This document shows positions 13,665-27,079 of a DNA stretch of 64,000 nucleotides, one piece after another. The stretch lies in contig NC_058368.1 of assembly GCF_018350175.1 (NCBI RefSeq), forward strand, positions 54,996,001-55,060,000. The letters run 5' to 3'. Position numbers and translations under genes: made by a program. The notes under the pieces were generated by a model. That model saw only the letters and a program-made list of their open reading frames with translations. It was not told the origin of the DNA and ran no database searches. The stretch's first letter is position 1, and every line of letters starts with the position of its first letter. Source of the stretch: Felis catus (lineage: Eukaryota).

Positions 13665-15242
13665 GTTCATGATTTCACTGACATTGCCCCATCTGACTGA
13701 CTGATTCTACATAGAAAAAAAGAAAACAAATGATGAAGGGGAATTTTTTCAGACTCCAAATCTCCCTGCTTACAGAAAGAAGGATGGATTTAAAAAACAA
13801 CAAAAAAAACCTTTTTAAATAGGCTTGTTAGGATTCTTATTCTTCATTTGCATAAACCTGACAACCTGCTGATGACAGCAATTAATTCCTGCTTAGTTTT
13901 AGCCTCATTTAATAAATGCAAAAATTATCAAGAGAAACTTGGTTGGAAGAAACACAAAGTCCTTACCAACCTATTATATTAAGAATAATATTAATTGTTA
14001 TGTTTTACATTTTAGTTTGACACCAAAATTGATTTTTAAATCAATTCAAAATCTAGATCAAAGTAATCCCACAATACACATGCACGTGCGTGTGTACGCA
14101 CGCACACACACACACAGAGATAAACTAATTAGAATGTTTCAGTAAAATGGAAATTCATTTATAGGCAGAATACTCTCTCATATGAAAAACAGGATTTGAC
14201 TGTATTGTTTTATGATAAATGTTTAGGGGAATTGAGGACAGAATTCTGAAATGTTATATTGCTTAAATGAGACTTTAGCATAATGTCCCTAATCCCTGGA
14301 TCCCAATAAACTTGAAATGGCGCTATTTCATATGAAAGGAAAAGAGAAAATATACAAGCAAATGTTTTGCTTTGTGGTTAGCAGGTTTAAAGTGATAAAA
14401 TTGCTAAGATGAAATGCACAAAAATAGTGCACAGGGAGCCACAGAATTATATCTTTTACCTGGATTGTAGCTTGAGTGACTAGCCTGTAAAATATGTAAG
14501 GTTGCAGTATCTGGTATAGTGCCCTATAAATACCTTACCTTTCTAAAGATCCATAAATTTCTTGGCAAGGGACACTTCCTATCCTTGCTTTATATTCTAC
14601 TCAGTGTGAAAGTAGGCCCTCTACATAATCATCAATGGCAAACAACCACTAGTAAGGTAAACAAGTGTCTACACTGACAGAGTTTTTAAATTAAATATGC
14701 AAAATATTCCCATGTATATTGAAAATTTCTTATTTGTAGATTTTTATGTACATTATACAATAAAACTAATAATTCTAAATAAATGGATTTCCCATATTAT
14801 TAGGATGCAGCAAATAACCAATTACATTTTTCTCTTTGCATTTGGATGCATTTATAAGAGTATATTTTGGGCCACTTTTTTTTTTCCCTAAAATGGCCTA
14901 CATCATGTCCAAAGTAATTGAATGAAATTGTTAAGTATTTCTCTAAATGACTGCTTTCAAAGGCAGCAACAAATTGCAAACTTTGATGTACTGGAACTTC
15001 TTTAAAATATGTTATATGTGTTTGAAATACTTTTTTTCTGTCATCTGGAGATTCTATGGCTTCAAGGTGATTCAGTAAATTCAGGAATACTCTGCAGGGA
15101 CAAAAAAAAGTCCCCAAAGTAGCACTGAAAATCCCAATAGAGTCACTTAAATAAAATGAGTCACTATTTTAGTCACTGACAAGTTATAGAAACATCCTGT
15201 TTCAGAGTACACAAAATCTACTTTTTCTAATCAGATAATTGT

Positions 15243-15760
15243 TTTTTTAATGCTTATTTATTTACTTTGAGGGAAAGCAAGCAGGAGGGTGGCAGAGAGA
15301 GAGGGAGACAGAATCCCAAGCAGGCTCCCTGCTGTCAGCACAGAGCCCAACTCAGGGTTTGATCTCAGGAACCGACTTGAACTTTAATAAAGAGTTGGAC
15401 GCTTAACTGACTGAGCCACCCAGGCACCCCAGAGAATTAACTTGAAACTAAATGTGTGTTGACACTGTTATCAACTGTTAATATTAACTCATTTTTCCTG
15501 AAAATTTTAAATTAACAATTTCATCCCTACTCTCCCCCCACCCCAAAAGACTATTGATCATTTTGTTACTCAAAATTCAATTTATTTTTTTAATGTTTAT
15601 TTATTTTTGAGGGGGTGGGCAGAGAGACAGGGAGACAGAGGATCCAAAGCAGGCTCTGTGCTGACAGCAGAGAGCCCAATGCAGGGCTCAAGCTCACAAA
15701 TTGCAAGATCATGACCGAGCCGAAGTCAGACGCTCAATCTACTGAGCCACCAGGTGTCCC
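15243..15760 (-). mobile_element. Two CanSINEs (15243-15430, 15583-15760)
   Basis: Antisense consensus. Confidence 0.93.
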
Positions 15761-16085
15761 ATACGCAATGTTCAATTTAGTGTACTGATAAGAATGCACC
15801 TCAAACTATGCTAAATACACAGAAAAGAGAAGGCACATTTCATATGCGCCACTTTTTGAAGATTTAGAACATCCTACTAGTTTTGCTTCCTCTTTGCTTC
15901 CAATCACTGACATCTGATATATATGATATGACACCTACACTTTTTGTTTCATTCAATTTTTCAGTTATTTGGCCTTCTTCTGTTTCCTGCCTGGCCATTA
16001 GTCACTCTCATTTTCTTCATACTTCCCTAATTCAATAACACCCTCAGACAATTATTAATACGTAACACTATCACTTGGTTTCCAG

Positions 16086-16370
16086 CAGTTGAAACAGGTA
16101 TCAACTCTGTCTTACGATGAGGTTGTAAAAAACTCCTGTAGTGCTAAACTAGCAGAGCAACTGTGCACTGTACAGTTGTTGGATAATGACATTTTTGATA
16201 TTAGTCCAATGAAGTAGCTCTGACTTTGGGGCCCTCAGCCACATCCAAGCAATAGAAATTCCTCACAGAAATTCCCTCAATCCATCTTAAGTCATAGAGG
16301 AAAAAAAAAAGATTCTTCAGAGACTTGTTCTGAAGGGATGAAACACTCCTAGGAATGGAAAACACAATGG
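16086..16370 (+). pseudogene. Pseudo-exon, possibly terminal
   Basis: cttggtttccag|QLKQVSTLSYDEVVKNSCSAKLAEQLCTVQLLDNDIFDISPMK*; no clear donor, end approximate. Confidence 0.5.
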
Positions 16371-16849
16371 TGACTCAGTCTTTTGGACCACAATTTCTTC
16401 CTTTTAGTAGTCTTCAGTACAAACTCAAAAAAGGACAAAACTCCTCTGTCAAACTGTACTTTATCATTTACTTATTTACTCTGTTCACTCAATCATTAAC
16501 TCATCATGCATTCAATACCTACTGAGCACCTCTTTTATACCACATATTATTTTGTATGCTTTGGAAATACAACAACAGGTGAAACAAAGTTGGTTACCAT
16601 TTCAGGGGAGCGGTGCATATAAGTGTGTAGTATAAGAAATGGTAAGTGGGATAAAGCAAAATAAGAGGAAGGTGATACAGAGCAGATACTATTTGTATAG
16701 GTGGGATGACTTCCTCAGTAGGATGATATTGAAGGTGAAAACTGAATCAACTGAAGGAGTAAGCCAAGTACCTGTATGAGATGAGCATCCAGACTGAGGA
16801 CAGAGTACTGATTAAGACCAGCAAAAGCATACTTGATGTATTTCAGTTA

Positions 16850-17838
16850 GAAGGTTATAGTGGCCATAGTCAAGTAGCTAATCATAAAATCTTTTCTACA
16901 AAAAGCAATTACAAAGCTGTAGAAAACTGACAAAAATATCCCAGTGCTCTGGAAATGGCTTATAGGCATGTTAATAATCATAGAAGCATTTTTTTTAATT
17001 GAAAAGCATTGAAAAATGCCAAACTTGGGTAAGAACACAGGGAATCTGTGGCTTTGTTTTCCCTAGGCTTGCTCTCATCAATCCCTCCCCCTCCATGCCC
17101 CATTAGTAGGCATGAACCTTAATTAAGAGACTCTGTACTGGGGGTGGGGGTGCGAGGAACACTCAGCCCTTGAGGATTACCTTCCCTCTGCCAGGGTCTA
17201 AGGAAGCTCATGCATTTTCCAGCACTGGTTGATGCAGCAGTACTATCCCTGGAGGTGATCTCAGAGGTGGGTGACTGGGGAAGGCCATCATAACTACTTG
17301 AGGTTTCTGTCCTATAGGGCAAATATATACCTGGCTGAGGTTTTAGCACCTACATAGGGGAGACCAGAGGGAGCTCAAATTAACCCAATACTCCTGGCCA
17401 ACTCTTAAGTTGTGCATTTTGCTCACTGAGGAGGCCAAAAGAGCTCCATGAAAAGTGCAAGGCAGGGCAGCCACGGAAACCATGAACGCACTTTCCTGCC
17501 AGCCCAAGACTCATCAGATAATGGGTGCCTTACTAGATCAAAGTGTTTGAGAACAACACTGTCCAATCACCGGCTGACCACAAAGTTACACAAACACAGG
17601 GATAAACCCAGAGAGGACAGGCTTAAAAAGAATATCCACAAAACACACAAATAAAAAACCAAAGAGAAATACTAGCTTCCCAACACTGCAGGAGAAACCT
17701 ATTTCACAGATCTAGCCTGGGCAAACTACTAAACAAAGAAACATTAAACAAAAGCTAGGCAGCACAGCAACCTTCACAGGGAAAAAAAAAAAAAAAATTC
17801 TATGTTAAAAACTTTGCACTTCAAAAGATACCATGACA
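16850..17838 (+). mobile_element. Old L1M fragments at the strand-switch junction
   Basis: L1M-like 5' region plus ORF2 piece aaaactttgcacttcaaaagatacc. Confidence 0.6.
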
Positions 17839-17976
17839 ATCTAGTTACTTTTAGTTCCTCTGGCTAAACCAAGCAGTTGTTCCCCATAAAGTTTACAAGA
17901 GTCTTTGGCATTCCTTAATATTGCTGCTTGCTCTGTACAGAGTGACCTGTGCAGAGCTATGCAGTGCGTGTCTTAC

Positions 17977-18118
17977 CTGTAAAATAAAATTACACTTGAG
18001 TTTGGCCTAGATGTGTAGAAATCTGTTCTATTCTTTGGCCAGGATATATTTGGGATTGCTAATAAAGCTTCTTCCTTTTTCATCTGTGCATTTTCTAGGG
18101 CTTTTATTCAAATGTTCT
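17977..18118 (-). pseudogene. Pseudo-exon, last of minus block (may extend to about 17850)
   Basis: ctgactttcag|...cag|gtaaga; frames IKALENAQMKKEEALLAIPNISWPK or EHLNKSPRKCTDEKGRSF. Confidence 0.5.
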
Positions 18119-18795
18119 CTGAAAGTCAGACACTGGAACACCCAAGTGGGCAGGGCGGGGGGCAGGGGGGTCTTCCAATAAGGGTGCAGGCACTAAATAG
18201 GATTTTCTATTGAGAATTTAAAAGCAATAATAAAACTGACCCAAAGTTTGCTTTTGAGTACCATCATCCTCCAACAATTCTAAGCAATGTTAGTGAAAAA
18301 ATGCTTATTTAAAAAATATATTGGTTTAAATTCTGAAAAACTGCTATTGCTACTATTGTTTTTATAATATAATACATAAAATTCAAATTAACACATTTTA
18401 TTACTTTTCTTTAAATATCATGGTATTCTGCACATTTTTTAGAAAATTTCTGTTACATAATCATCCTCCAAAGAGGCAGAGTCAGTCATACGCAATTCTT
18501 TTGAGAATAAGCTTGTGCCTCTTTAAATCATTTGAGTCTACTTCAAGGATAAAACAGCCTGTTTTCTATGTATATACATTATAGCATTTATTTTTCTTTT
18601 CCTTCATTTTTAATAAAAAATTTATATATTAAAGTGTACAACATGATGTTTAGATAGATGTCCATATAGTGAAATGATTGTTACTATCAAGCTAATTAAT
18701 GTATTACATTGTTAACTGGTTACTACCATACATAATTAACATGTCTCTTCACATATTATTGCATTTAAATGGTAGCTTTAAAATTAAGAATTCCA

Positions 18796-19011
18796 GGGGC
18801 ACCTGGGTGGCTCAGTCAGTTGAGTGTCCAACTTCGGCTCAGGTAATGGTCTGGCGGTGAGTTCAAGTCCTGCGTCAGGCTCTGTGTTGACAGCTGAGAG
18901 CCTGAAGCCTGCTTTAGATTCTGTGTCTCTCCATCTCTCAGCCCCTCCCCTGCTCATGCTCTGTGTCTGTCTCTTTCTCAATAATACATAAACGTTAAAA
19001 AATTTTTTTTT
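18796..19011 (+). mobile_element. CanSINE
   Basis: TSD aattaagaattcca. Confidence 0.95.
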
Positions 19012-19116
19012 AATTAAGAATTCCACACTGACTTAAAAGACCAAGAAACAGAGCTCGAGTTACTTCAATTCTGCCATTCAATGTAGCTACTTGTTATTAC
19101 CACTTTTTAAATTGTT

Positions 19117-19598
19117 GTGGTGGACAGAGTGATGGCTCCTAAAGTTGTCCACACCGTTTTCTGAAGTCTGTGAAAATGGTACCTTACGTGGCAAAATGAC
19201 TTCACAGATACGATTAAGGACCTTAAAATGGGTTAAGATGGGAAGATTATCCCAGACTATTTGAGTGGATTGAATCTAATCACATGTATCTGTGAAAGGA
19301 GAGCATCTCAAAGGAAGAGATCACAGGAAGGAGTGATTGGCCGCTGGGATGCATCAATATTGACTTTGAAGGTAAAGGAATGGACAGTTAGGAGGGGAAT
19401 GTGGGTAGCCTTTAGAAGCCAAGAAAGCGAGTCTCTCCCAGTCTCCAGACAGAGACAACCTTGCCAACACCTTGGTATCAGCTCAGTTGTGACCCATTTG
19501 GGGCTATAATCTCCAGGTCTGCAACATAATACATCTGTGTTATTATAAGACACTAAAATAATATAATTTGTGGTAATATGTTACAGAAAATTAATATA
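19117..19598 (+). mobile_element. MLT1 (MaLR) solo LTR
   Basis: tgtggtggacagagtgatggctcctaaag...gggaagattatcccagacta...tttgtggtaatatgttacag. Confidence 0.85.
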
Positions 19599-20295
19599 AT
19601 CATGAACATATATGGAAGCCACTCAAAATGATATCAAAGGGAAAAAAACACCTTTGTTTTCCACTTTTGAAATGTATTGAGAAATGACATTTTTATGAAT
19701 CTTTACTAAATTTATTCTTTCATTATTGACTCTTCCTGTTAGCTCTTGCTTTGATTTTATTAATTTTAATTCCCAAAGGCTTTTGTGTTTAAAATGAACA
19801 AAAATGACTCTTCAATCAATTATGAATAAACACAGACTGACAAATCTGGTCACTTGAACATGAATTTGTTAAGACTAATTCTAAAAAAAATCATCGGCAT
19901 CTTTGGAAATGTTAATACTCAAAAACAGAAATCTTACTATTCATTACAATTACAGGTCTAAGATTTGTCCCTTTCTTTTCAAAAAATACATTGGGGTAAT
20001 TAACAGGTATTAGTATAACCATTTTCCCTTTTACCTTTTTTTAATGAACTACTAATTTTACTTATTTGTTTTTAGATTTTACTGTCTTCATTATACATAT
20101 ACAAGTATCAATATGAGAAAACTTTATCTGCCTGAATGTTTTCTGGTTATACACATTATTTGTTTCATTACATAATTACTACTGAAAATAATTTTTTCAT
20201 GCACAGAAGGAAATGTTAAAAAATAATCTACTCTGTGTCAAAAACACCGTATGTGCCACTGAGATTTGATCAATCACATGCATATATACACACAC

Positions 20296-20394
20296 CTTTC
20301 TTTCCAAGCACTGCACATTTTCCAAGAGACCTTTTGTCTAATTTACAATTCTTCCTGTTTAACACTCACCATAGTCACATTATTACTTGTCATA
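20296..20394 (-). pseudogene. Candidate pseudo-exon
   Basis: ttttttattttacag|MTSNNVTMVSVKQEEL*IRQKVSWKMCSAWKE|gtgtgt; alternative donor gtgagt near 20369. Confidence 0.45.
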
Positions 20395-20665
20395 CTGTAA
20401 AATAAAAAATCAAGGAATAAGAATAACTATGACCTTGGAAGATATATTATACTAATAAAAATTAGGTCACAGGAGTGTATTTGAGTCTATAAAAGTCATT
20501 CAGGATTTCTACTTCTTTTCTATAAATGCTTTATAATTAACACAAAGAGACATAAATGATATTCCTTAGAAAATGTATTAAAGATGATAGAATAACAGTT
20601 TGTTTACTTTTTTTCTCTAAAGGCTGATAATTTACTCTATACCCATGCTTAAAATTTTATTCCAT

Positions 20666-21080
20666 GGGGCGCATGGGTGGCTCAGTCAGTTGAGCATCAG
20701 CCTTCAGCTGAGGTCATGATGTCAAGCCCCTTGTTGGGCTCTGTGCTGACAGCTCAGAGCCTGGAGCCTGCTTCAGATCCTGTGTCTCCCTCTCTCTGCC
20801 CCTCCCCCACTCATGCTCTGTCTCTCTCCATCTCTCAAAAATGAATAAACATTAAAAATTTTGGGGGGGACGCCTGGGTGGCTCAGTCGGTTAAGCGTCC
20901 GACTTCGGCTCAGGTCATGATCTCGCGGTTTTTGTGAGTTCGAGCCCCACTTCAGACTGTGCTGACAGCTCAGAGCCTGAAGCCTGCTTGGGATTCAGTG
21001 TCTCCTTCTCTCTCTGCCCCTCCCCCACTTGTGCTCTGTCTCTGTCTACCAAAAATAAATAAAATGTAAAAAAAATTAAT
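20666..21080 (+). mobile_element. Tandem CanSINE pair
   Basis: Heads at 20666 and about 20865. Confidence 0.95.
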
Positions 21081-21139
21081 ATTATTCCAATATTATTTTA
21101 GAAAGTCTGCCATCTAAATTAAATAATTGTGAATAATTT

Positions 21140-21870
21140 TGAAATGAACATAGGAGTGCAGATATCTCTTACAGACCTTGATTTCAATTCTTTGGGCTAC
21201 GTGCCCACAAGTCAGATTGCTGGTTCATAAGGTAGTTTTACTTTCAATTCTTTGAGGAATCTCCATACTGCTTCCCACAGTGGCTGCATAATTTACATAC
21301 AATGCATTATTATTAATGTAAAAAAAAAAAAGGAAATCCTGACATCTGTAACAAGACAACATGGATGAATCTGGGGGACATGATGCTAAGTGAAATAAGC
21401 CAGACACAGAAGAACAAGTGCTACATAATCTCACTTAATTGGAAACCTAAAATAGTCAGACTCAAAGAAGCAGAGGTAGAATAGTTGTCACCAAAGTGTG
21501 GGGGTAGGGGAAAACAGGGGAGTGTTGCTTGAAGGGTACAAAGTTTCAGTTATGCAAGATGAATAAATTCCAGAGATCTCCTGTACCACAGAGACTATAA
21601 TTAACAACATTGTATAGTGTAAGTTTTTCTAACAGAGTAGATATTCTGTTAAGTGTTTTTATCACTATATATTAGATAGATAGATAGATGGGAGAGAGAG
21701 AGATAATAGAAAGAGAGAGAGACAGGAGAAACTTTTAGAGGTGATGGATATATTTATGGCAGTGACTGTGGTGATGATTTAACAGATGCATACCTATCTC
21801 CAATCTCATCAAGTTGTGTACATTATGTACAGTTTTTGTATGTCAGTAATTCCTCCAATAAAGTGTTTTA
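21140..21870 (+). mobile_element. L1MA/MB 3' end with inverted 5' segment
   Basis: 21140-21300 antisense, 21325-21870 sense (atgctaagtgaaataagccag...aataaa). Confidence 0.8.
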
Positions 21871-21887
21871 TTTTTTTTAAGTCACAC

Positions 21888-22189
21888 ATGTGGTTTCATT
21901 AAACAACAATGACTACAACTAAATGATGATCTCTAGTCTGTATTAGTATATCGAGTCCCGGTTAATAAAGAACTGAAGGGCTTTCTTGCATGCCAAGCAT
22001 CATGTTGACAGGATGCAGTGACTTCTCTTGCCTTTTAACTACATTCTGTCATCTAGCTTCGGTCTTCTAGACAAGAACTGGATAGTGTTTTTAAGAGTAC
22101 AAAATGTTTTAATCCTTCACTTCTAGCTAATGTTGATTCTTAAAGTTTTGTTGGATCTTGAAATGTTATAAGGATTTGGAAAATTTCTC
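21888..22189 (-). pseudogene. Pseudo-exon, RGS N-terminal motif
   Basis: tttgtccactag|; ESTLARSEGLKHF / LKNTIQFL / KALQFFINRDSIY; low end abuts an L1. Confidence 0.55.
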
Positions 22190-22662
22190 CTAGTGGACAA
22201 ATTTACAATTTATACAAAAAAAAAAAAAAGACACAACACATCTTTTAACTGGAAAGCACGCACGTAGCAGTTTAACAAAAATAAAATTAAAATTCATTTG
22301 GTCAAAACTGGCTATATGAATAGATGGACAGATAAATGAATGAATGAAGTCTGCCTCACCTGACTTAACTATCTTCTGGGAAAAAATCTTACAATTTGTT
22401 TTAGGGGAAGCTTAGAGTTTTTAATTTATAGGACTCTTTCATTATGATACGAAATAAATGTTACATGACTCCTTCATTATGATATGAAATAAATGTCGTT
22501 GATAGAGTTTTACTAGGGATTTTAAAAACACCTTTACCATTCAAGTATTCCATCTAGTACACAATCTGACAGGCATTGAGAATAATTTTTTCTGATTATT
22601 AATCCAGGACTGTAGCAAATTCCTCCTGTTATTTTATTGTTAATTTATTAAAAGTTTTTTCT

Positions 22663-22880
22663 GGGGGCGTCTGGGTGGTTCAGTCAGTTAAGCGTCCTAT
22701 TCTTGATTTCGGCTCAGGTCACGGTTTCATGGTTCATAGGATCGAGTCCTGCATCAGGCTCCATGCTAACAACACAGAGTCTTCTTGGGATTCTCTCTCT
22801 CCCTCTCTCTCTCTGCCCCCCTGCCATGGTGCACATGCACACACTCTTTCTCTCAAAACATAAATAAACTTAAAAAAAAG
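22663..22880 (+). mobile_element. CanSINE
   Basis: Consensus. Confidence 0.93.
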
Positions 22881-23989
22881 GGGGTTTTTCCTGAACTTCA
22901 ACATTCACCTGTTTACAGTCTCCTAAAATACATTTTAATAATGATGGCTTATGATAAATGTTTCAATATACTCTAATAATAACAACCATTATTTATTGAA
23001 TGTTTACTATGATCCCGGTGATATTGTAGGTACTTTAATAACATTACTTCAAATAACTCTTAAGTTAGATCTATGAGGTAGAATATTATAATTTTCATTT
23101 TACAAATAACAAAGCACAAGTACAGAGAGGTTTGTTGTTATGAGTCATTCAGGAACAATTGGAAGAACACAATTGTTTCTTGGACACTGAAGTTTATATT
23201 TTTGGGGGTTTTTTGTTTGTTTTTACCATCATGCTGCACTGTGATATTTGTAGTTCAATAATTTGAATAACTAATTCAATTAGTATTCCTAATTTTGAAA
23301 ATGTGGTTATTTGTGAAAACAGACTAAGTTGGAGCTACAGATCTGGGCCTCTCTCAGGACTCCTGGATTTGTGTATGTACATTTGTATGTCTGATTGACA
23401 TTTTATGATCGCATACCTATAATCTAGCACTTACTACTTGCTATAACCATCAAATCTTTAATGAATGCATGCTATATATGTTAAAATTTGGCATAGTATC
23501 TTGGATGCACTGAGCAACAACCAAGCACATGAGGCTGATGTGTGAAGCCAGAAAGACACTATATTAATACGCAAGACACGACAGAACTGACGATTGAGGC
23601 AGAATACATGTATGGGCATGATTAGCATATTATTTCTCTGTAAAGTTACTTGCAACATCAAATTAAGTCAGATGTTCAATTTATTTATTTTCAGTACAAA
23701 ATATTTTAATCAGGCCTCCCTTAATTAAGTACACCTGGACAGCTGATTCTATCCTGATAAACAAAACTTAAGCTTGGGAAAATAAACAATGTGAGTATTG
23801 TTTAGTGACATGGTTTAAAGCAAAAGCAGTCAAGTAGCTCAAATAGGTAATGGCATCATGCTAGGATATCTTTTACTACTCCACAGTGAGAATAATTCTA
23901 GAAATGTAATTAGGATAATGCAAGTTAGTGAGCCACAACTTGGTATACCATTTCCATAATGATACCTAAATACTTGAAATCTATATTCT

Positions 23990-24460
23990 AAACTAGCATT
24001 GTCCAACAGAATTCTCTGTGACAAGAGAAAATGCTGTCTATACTGTCCCGTATTGTAACCACCAGTTGCTTTTGGTGACAGAGTTGTTGGAATGTAAATA
24101 GTGTAACTGAATTTTTTTTTTTACAATGTAACTGAATTTTTTAAGTTTAATTTTATTTTTTTTTTCATTTTTTTTTCAACGTTTTTATTTATTTTTGGGA
24201 CAGAGAGAGACAGAGCATGAACGGGGGAGGGGCAGAGAGAGAGGGAGACACAGAATCAGAAACAGGTTCCAGGCTCTGAGCCATCAGCCCAGAGCCTGAC
24301 GCGGGGTTCGAACTCATGGACCGCGAGATCGTAACCTGGCTGAAGTCGGACGCTCAACCGACTGCGCCACCCAGGCGCCCCTTAAGTTTAATTTTAAATA
24401 ACTTAAAACCCTACATGTAATTGCCATGTAGGGTTAGTTGCTACTGCTTTGGACAGCAAA
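23990..24460. mobile_element. MER3-like hAT MITE interrupted by a SINE
   Basis: attgtccaacagaa...ttggacagca inverted termini. Confidence 0.65.
24156..24381 (-). mobile_element. Young SINEC_Fc
   Basis: TSD ttaagtttaatttta. Confidence 0.97.
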
Positions 24461-24479
24461 GTTCTGAGACTTTCTTTCC

Positions 24480-24830
24480 TCGACAGGGATTCTATACAAC
24501 ACAAAAGAATTTAGATCTCTCATGCTTCAGTGGTAACAGTACTGTTATTTATCCATTAGCTATAGTCCATACACATTTACTAAAGATACAGTCAAATATC
24601 GCCAGCCTAGAAGTCTGAGTAAGATCATTTTGTGTCTTTGTTATGATCAGTTAGATGTTGCGTTTGCAGTTTAATTCTCAGAAGCAACCTTTTCCTTTAT
24701 GGGCAGAACATTATTGAATTCTCAAATATTGACAACTCTGACATTTGTTTTGCCACAATGTAACACTGCTATCAGATGTTTGATTTTCTGCATTACTTTT
24801 CTTCATTTGTCACAATTTCTCTTTCCTCGT
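24480..24830 (-). pseudogene. Candidate pseudo-exon, RGS C-terminal half
   Basis: ELNCKRNI*LIITKTQNDLTQTSRLAIFDCIFSKCVWTI; boundaries approximate. Confidence 0.4.
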
Positions 24831-27079
24831 TAGAAAAAAAGTCAGAGAAAAAGTTGTTGAAATAAACTCACAGATTTGAGATAAAGAAGGTAAATGAACA
24901 AACATAAGTCCCGCATTTTAATTTTTTGCACTGTTGAACAGCAGTATTTATACAACTACATCTGATATCCTATACAGACCTCTAGTAATCACTACTAACT
25001 CTGCATTCTCTGACCACCTACTAGAAGAGTTGATTGGACAAGTATGGAATAGTAAGTAGCATCTATACATCATTTCCTGTCTTACAACTTTAGAAGCAAT
25101 TGAACATTTTAAAATAAAGTTGATAATGCATAACCTATGAATTATACTCACAGAATATGACCTAGAAACACTGGCATGTGTGTACAAAGAAGCATTAGAA
25201 CACAAAATGTGTTACAACAGCAAAAATTTTGAAACCACCTAAATCTTTGACCTCACTAGAATACATGTGTTTATTTTGGCTTTATAGAGATTAAAGCCCC
25301 ACACAGCTTAAAGCCCTACGGAGATATCATCTTATATCCTGTATAATGCCAAAGACAATTTGCAGGATACTGTATAAATTCAAAATACTGAATTCAGTTC
25401 TGTGGTTGTCTTAAGGATCTGATGATAACTGGAGCTCACTAGAAGCTCTCATGTTACAAAAACATCTGGTATTAGAAACTTTCTGGTCACAGAATCAACA
25501 GGAGCTTTCTCAATCATATAATAAAGCAAAAATGGTTGATGTTTGTATACAAGAGAAAATAAAGTTAATAAATAAAATATTTTCTGTCCAAATTTTGGTA
25601 AAGTCTTGAGGAAAAAAATCATAAAGTACATATTAAAATTCACACTATTTTGATTAAGATGAGACCATCAGTTTGGAACAAGCAAAAATAAACTGTAATC
25701 CTTTTATTAGTTTCTATGTTGATGACTCCAATCTAATCCTCTACACAGTTATCTTCTGATCTTTATAAACCACCATTCAAACACTCTGTGGAGACTATTA
25801 ATTCAATACTGAGCCCATACAGACATACTCCTTTACAAATGACAATGGTGTGTGCATGTGTGTGCATGCGCACGCCATCTATAAAACTGCACACGGGTAA
25901 CTGTCCATATATTCTTGTATATGTTTTTCTCTCTCTGACATTCCAGGTAACACCACAGCATCATTTATATGCTGGCAGGCACTGAGCCCTGAAACTTCAG
26001 AACTGTATCTTACTCTACTCTCTCTAGCTCCCAAGTTCAATCACATAGATTTTATCTCTAAGTCTACATTAACCTCTGTTTCCTATTGTCAATTTGCCAT
26101 GCCACAACCCTAGATCCTCATTATTCCTCACCAGAATACTATAATCACTCTTTACTTATAAAATCTCCTTGCTTATATATATACTCTGGCTGTCACTGAA
26201 TGGAAGATTCCTATTCTTAAGAGTCACTGGAACTGTTCCTGGTTTAAACCATCCTCAATTAGTATGTTTCTCACCTGCAGAATTATTGACTATTGTTGCT
26301 GTTGTTATCATTAACAACTTGGCGATCAAGGACCCCGCTGCCTCTCCATTCATGCAGACTATATTTTAAAAAGTCGAATCAGAACTATTATTATTTTTAC
26401 CCACTTTCTTACACATATTTCTTCAGACTGTATTCTCTGTATAAGGATGCAGGAAATGCATGAGATGGCCACCATCTCCACTGACCACAGTTATACTATT
26501 TTTAAACCCAGTTTATTACTTTATCTAAATTTTCAAATCTCAATGAAGTCACTTCTATGAGGCATAGCCACTGCTCAAAATAAGTTACCATATTTTCTAA
26601 ATTACTGTATTTTTCTAATATATTTTCTCTATAATGATTTTGTGTGGTTGTGTGTATGTGTGTGTGTATGCATGTGTGTATATGCAGGCATGGGTGTATA
26701 CTGTTTGTATATACCAATCTTTTGAGTTCAGGGGCAGAATTTTATACATTAGTTCTCTGTGTACCTAATAGAGTTCTTTACACATGTTAAATGAGTTAAA
26801 TTAATTCAAAAAATAATGATCCCACTGTTCTGTCTTTGTAGGTGACTAGAGTCTGAATGTGTAATCAGATAAGCGTGAATAAGCATGAGTCTATGTAGTA
26901 TAGATCCAGCGGATAATACTCCAAACCAGTTGTGAAAGTTCATTTTTATTATAAAAATAGATGTCTACATTATTCTTTAGTTTCAGTTTCAAAATGTACA
27001 CGTTTAGGGTCAAGTATGTTAAAAGAAAAGTCAAAGTGAAAACTTAAATCACATTCACATATAAAGCACATTAAGAAAG

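Larger units (their letters stand above)
1..16370 (+). pseudogene. Plus-strand block of RGS-like pseudo-exons (inverted part of the same gene, or a convergent paralog)
   Basis: 7-8 exon relics; phase-matched junctions 8093/8383, 12893/13225, 13664/16086. Confidence 0.7.
18131..20261 (+). mobile_element. hAT DNA transposon, Arthur1-like, with nested L1, SINE and MLT1
   Basis: Termini cactgg...gccactg; agaatttaaaagcaataataaaactgac matches Arthur1 as recalled. Confidence 0.65.
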
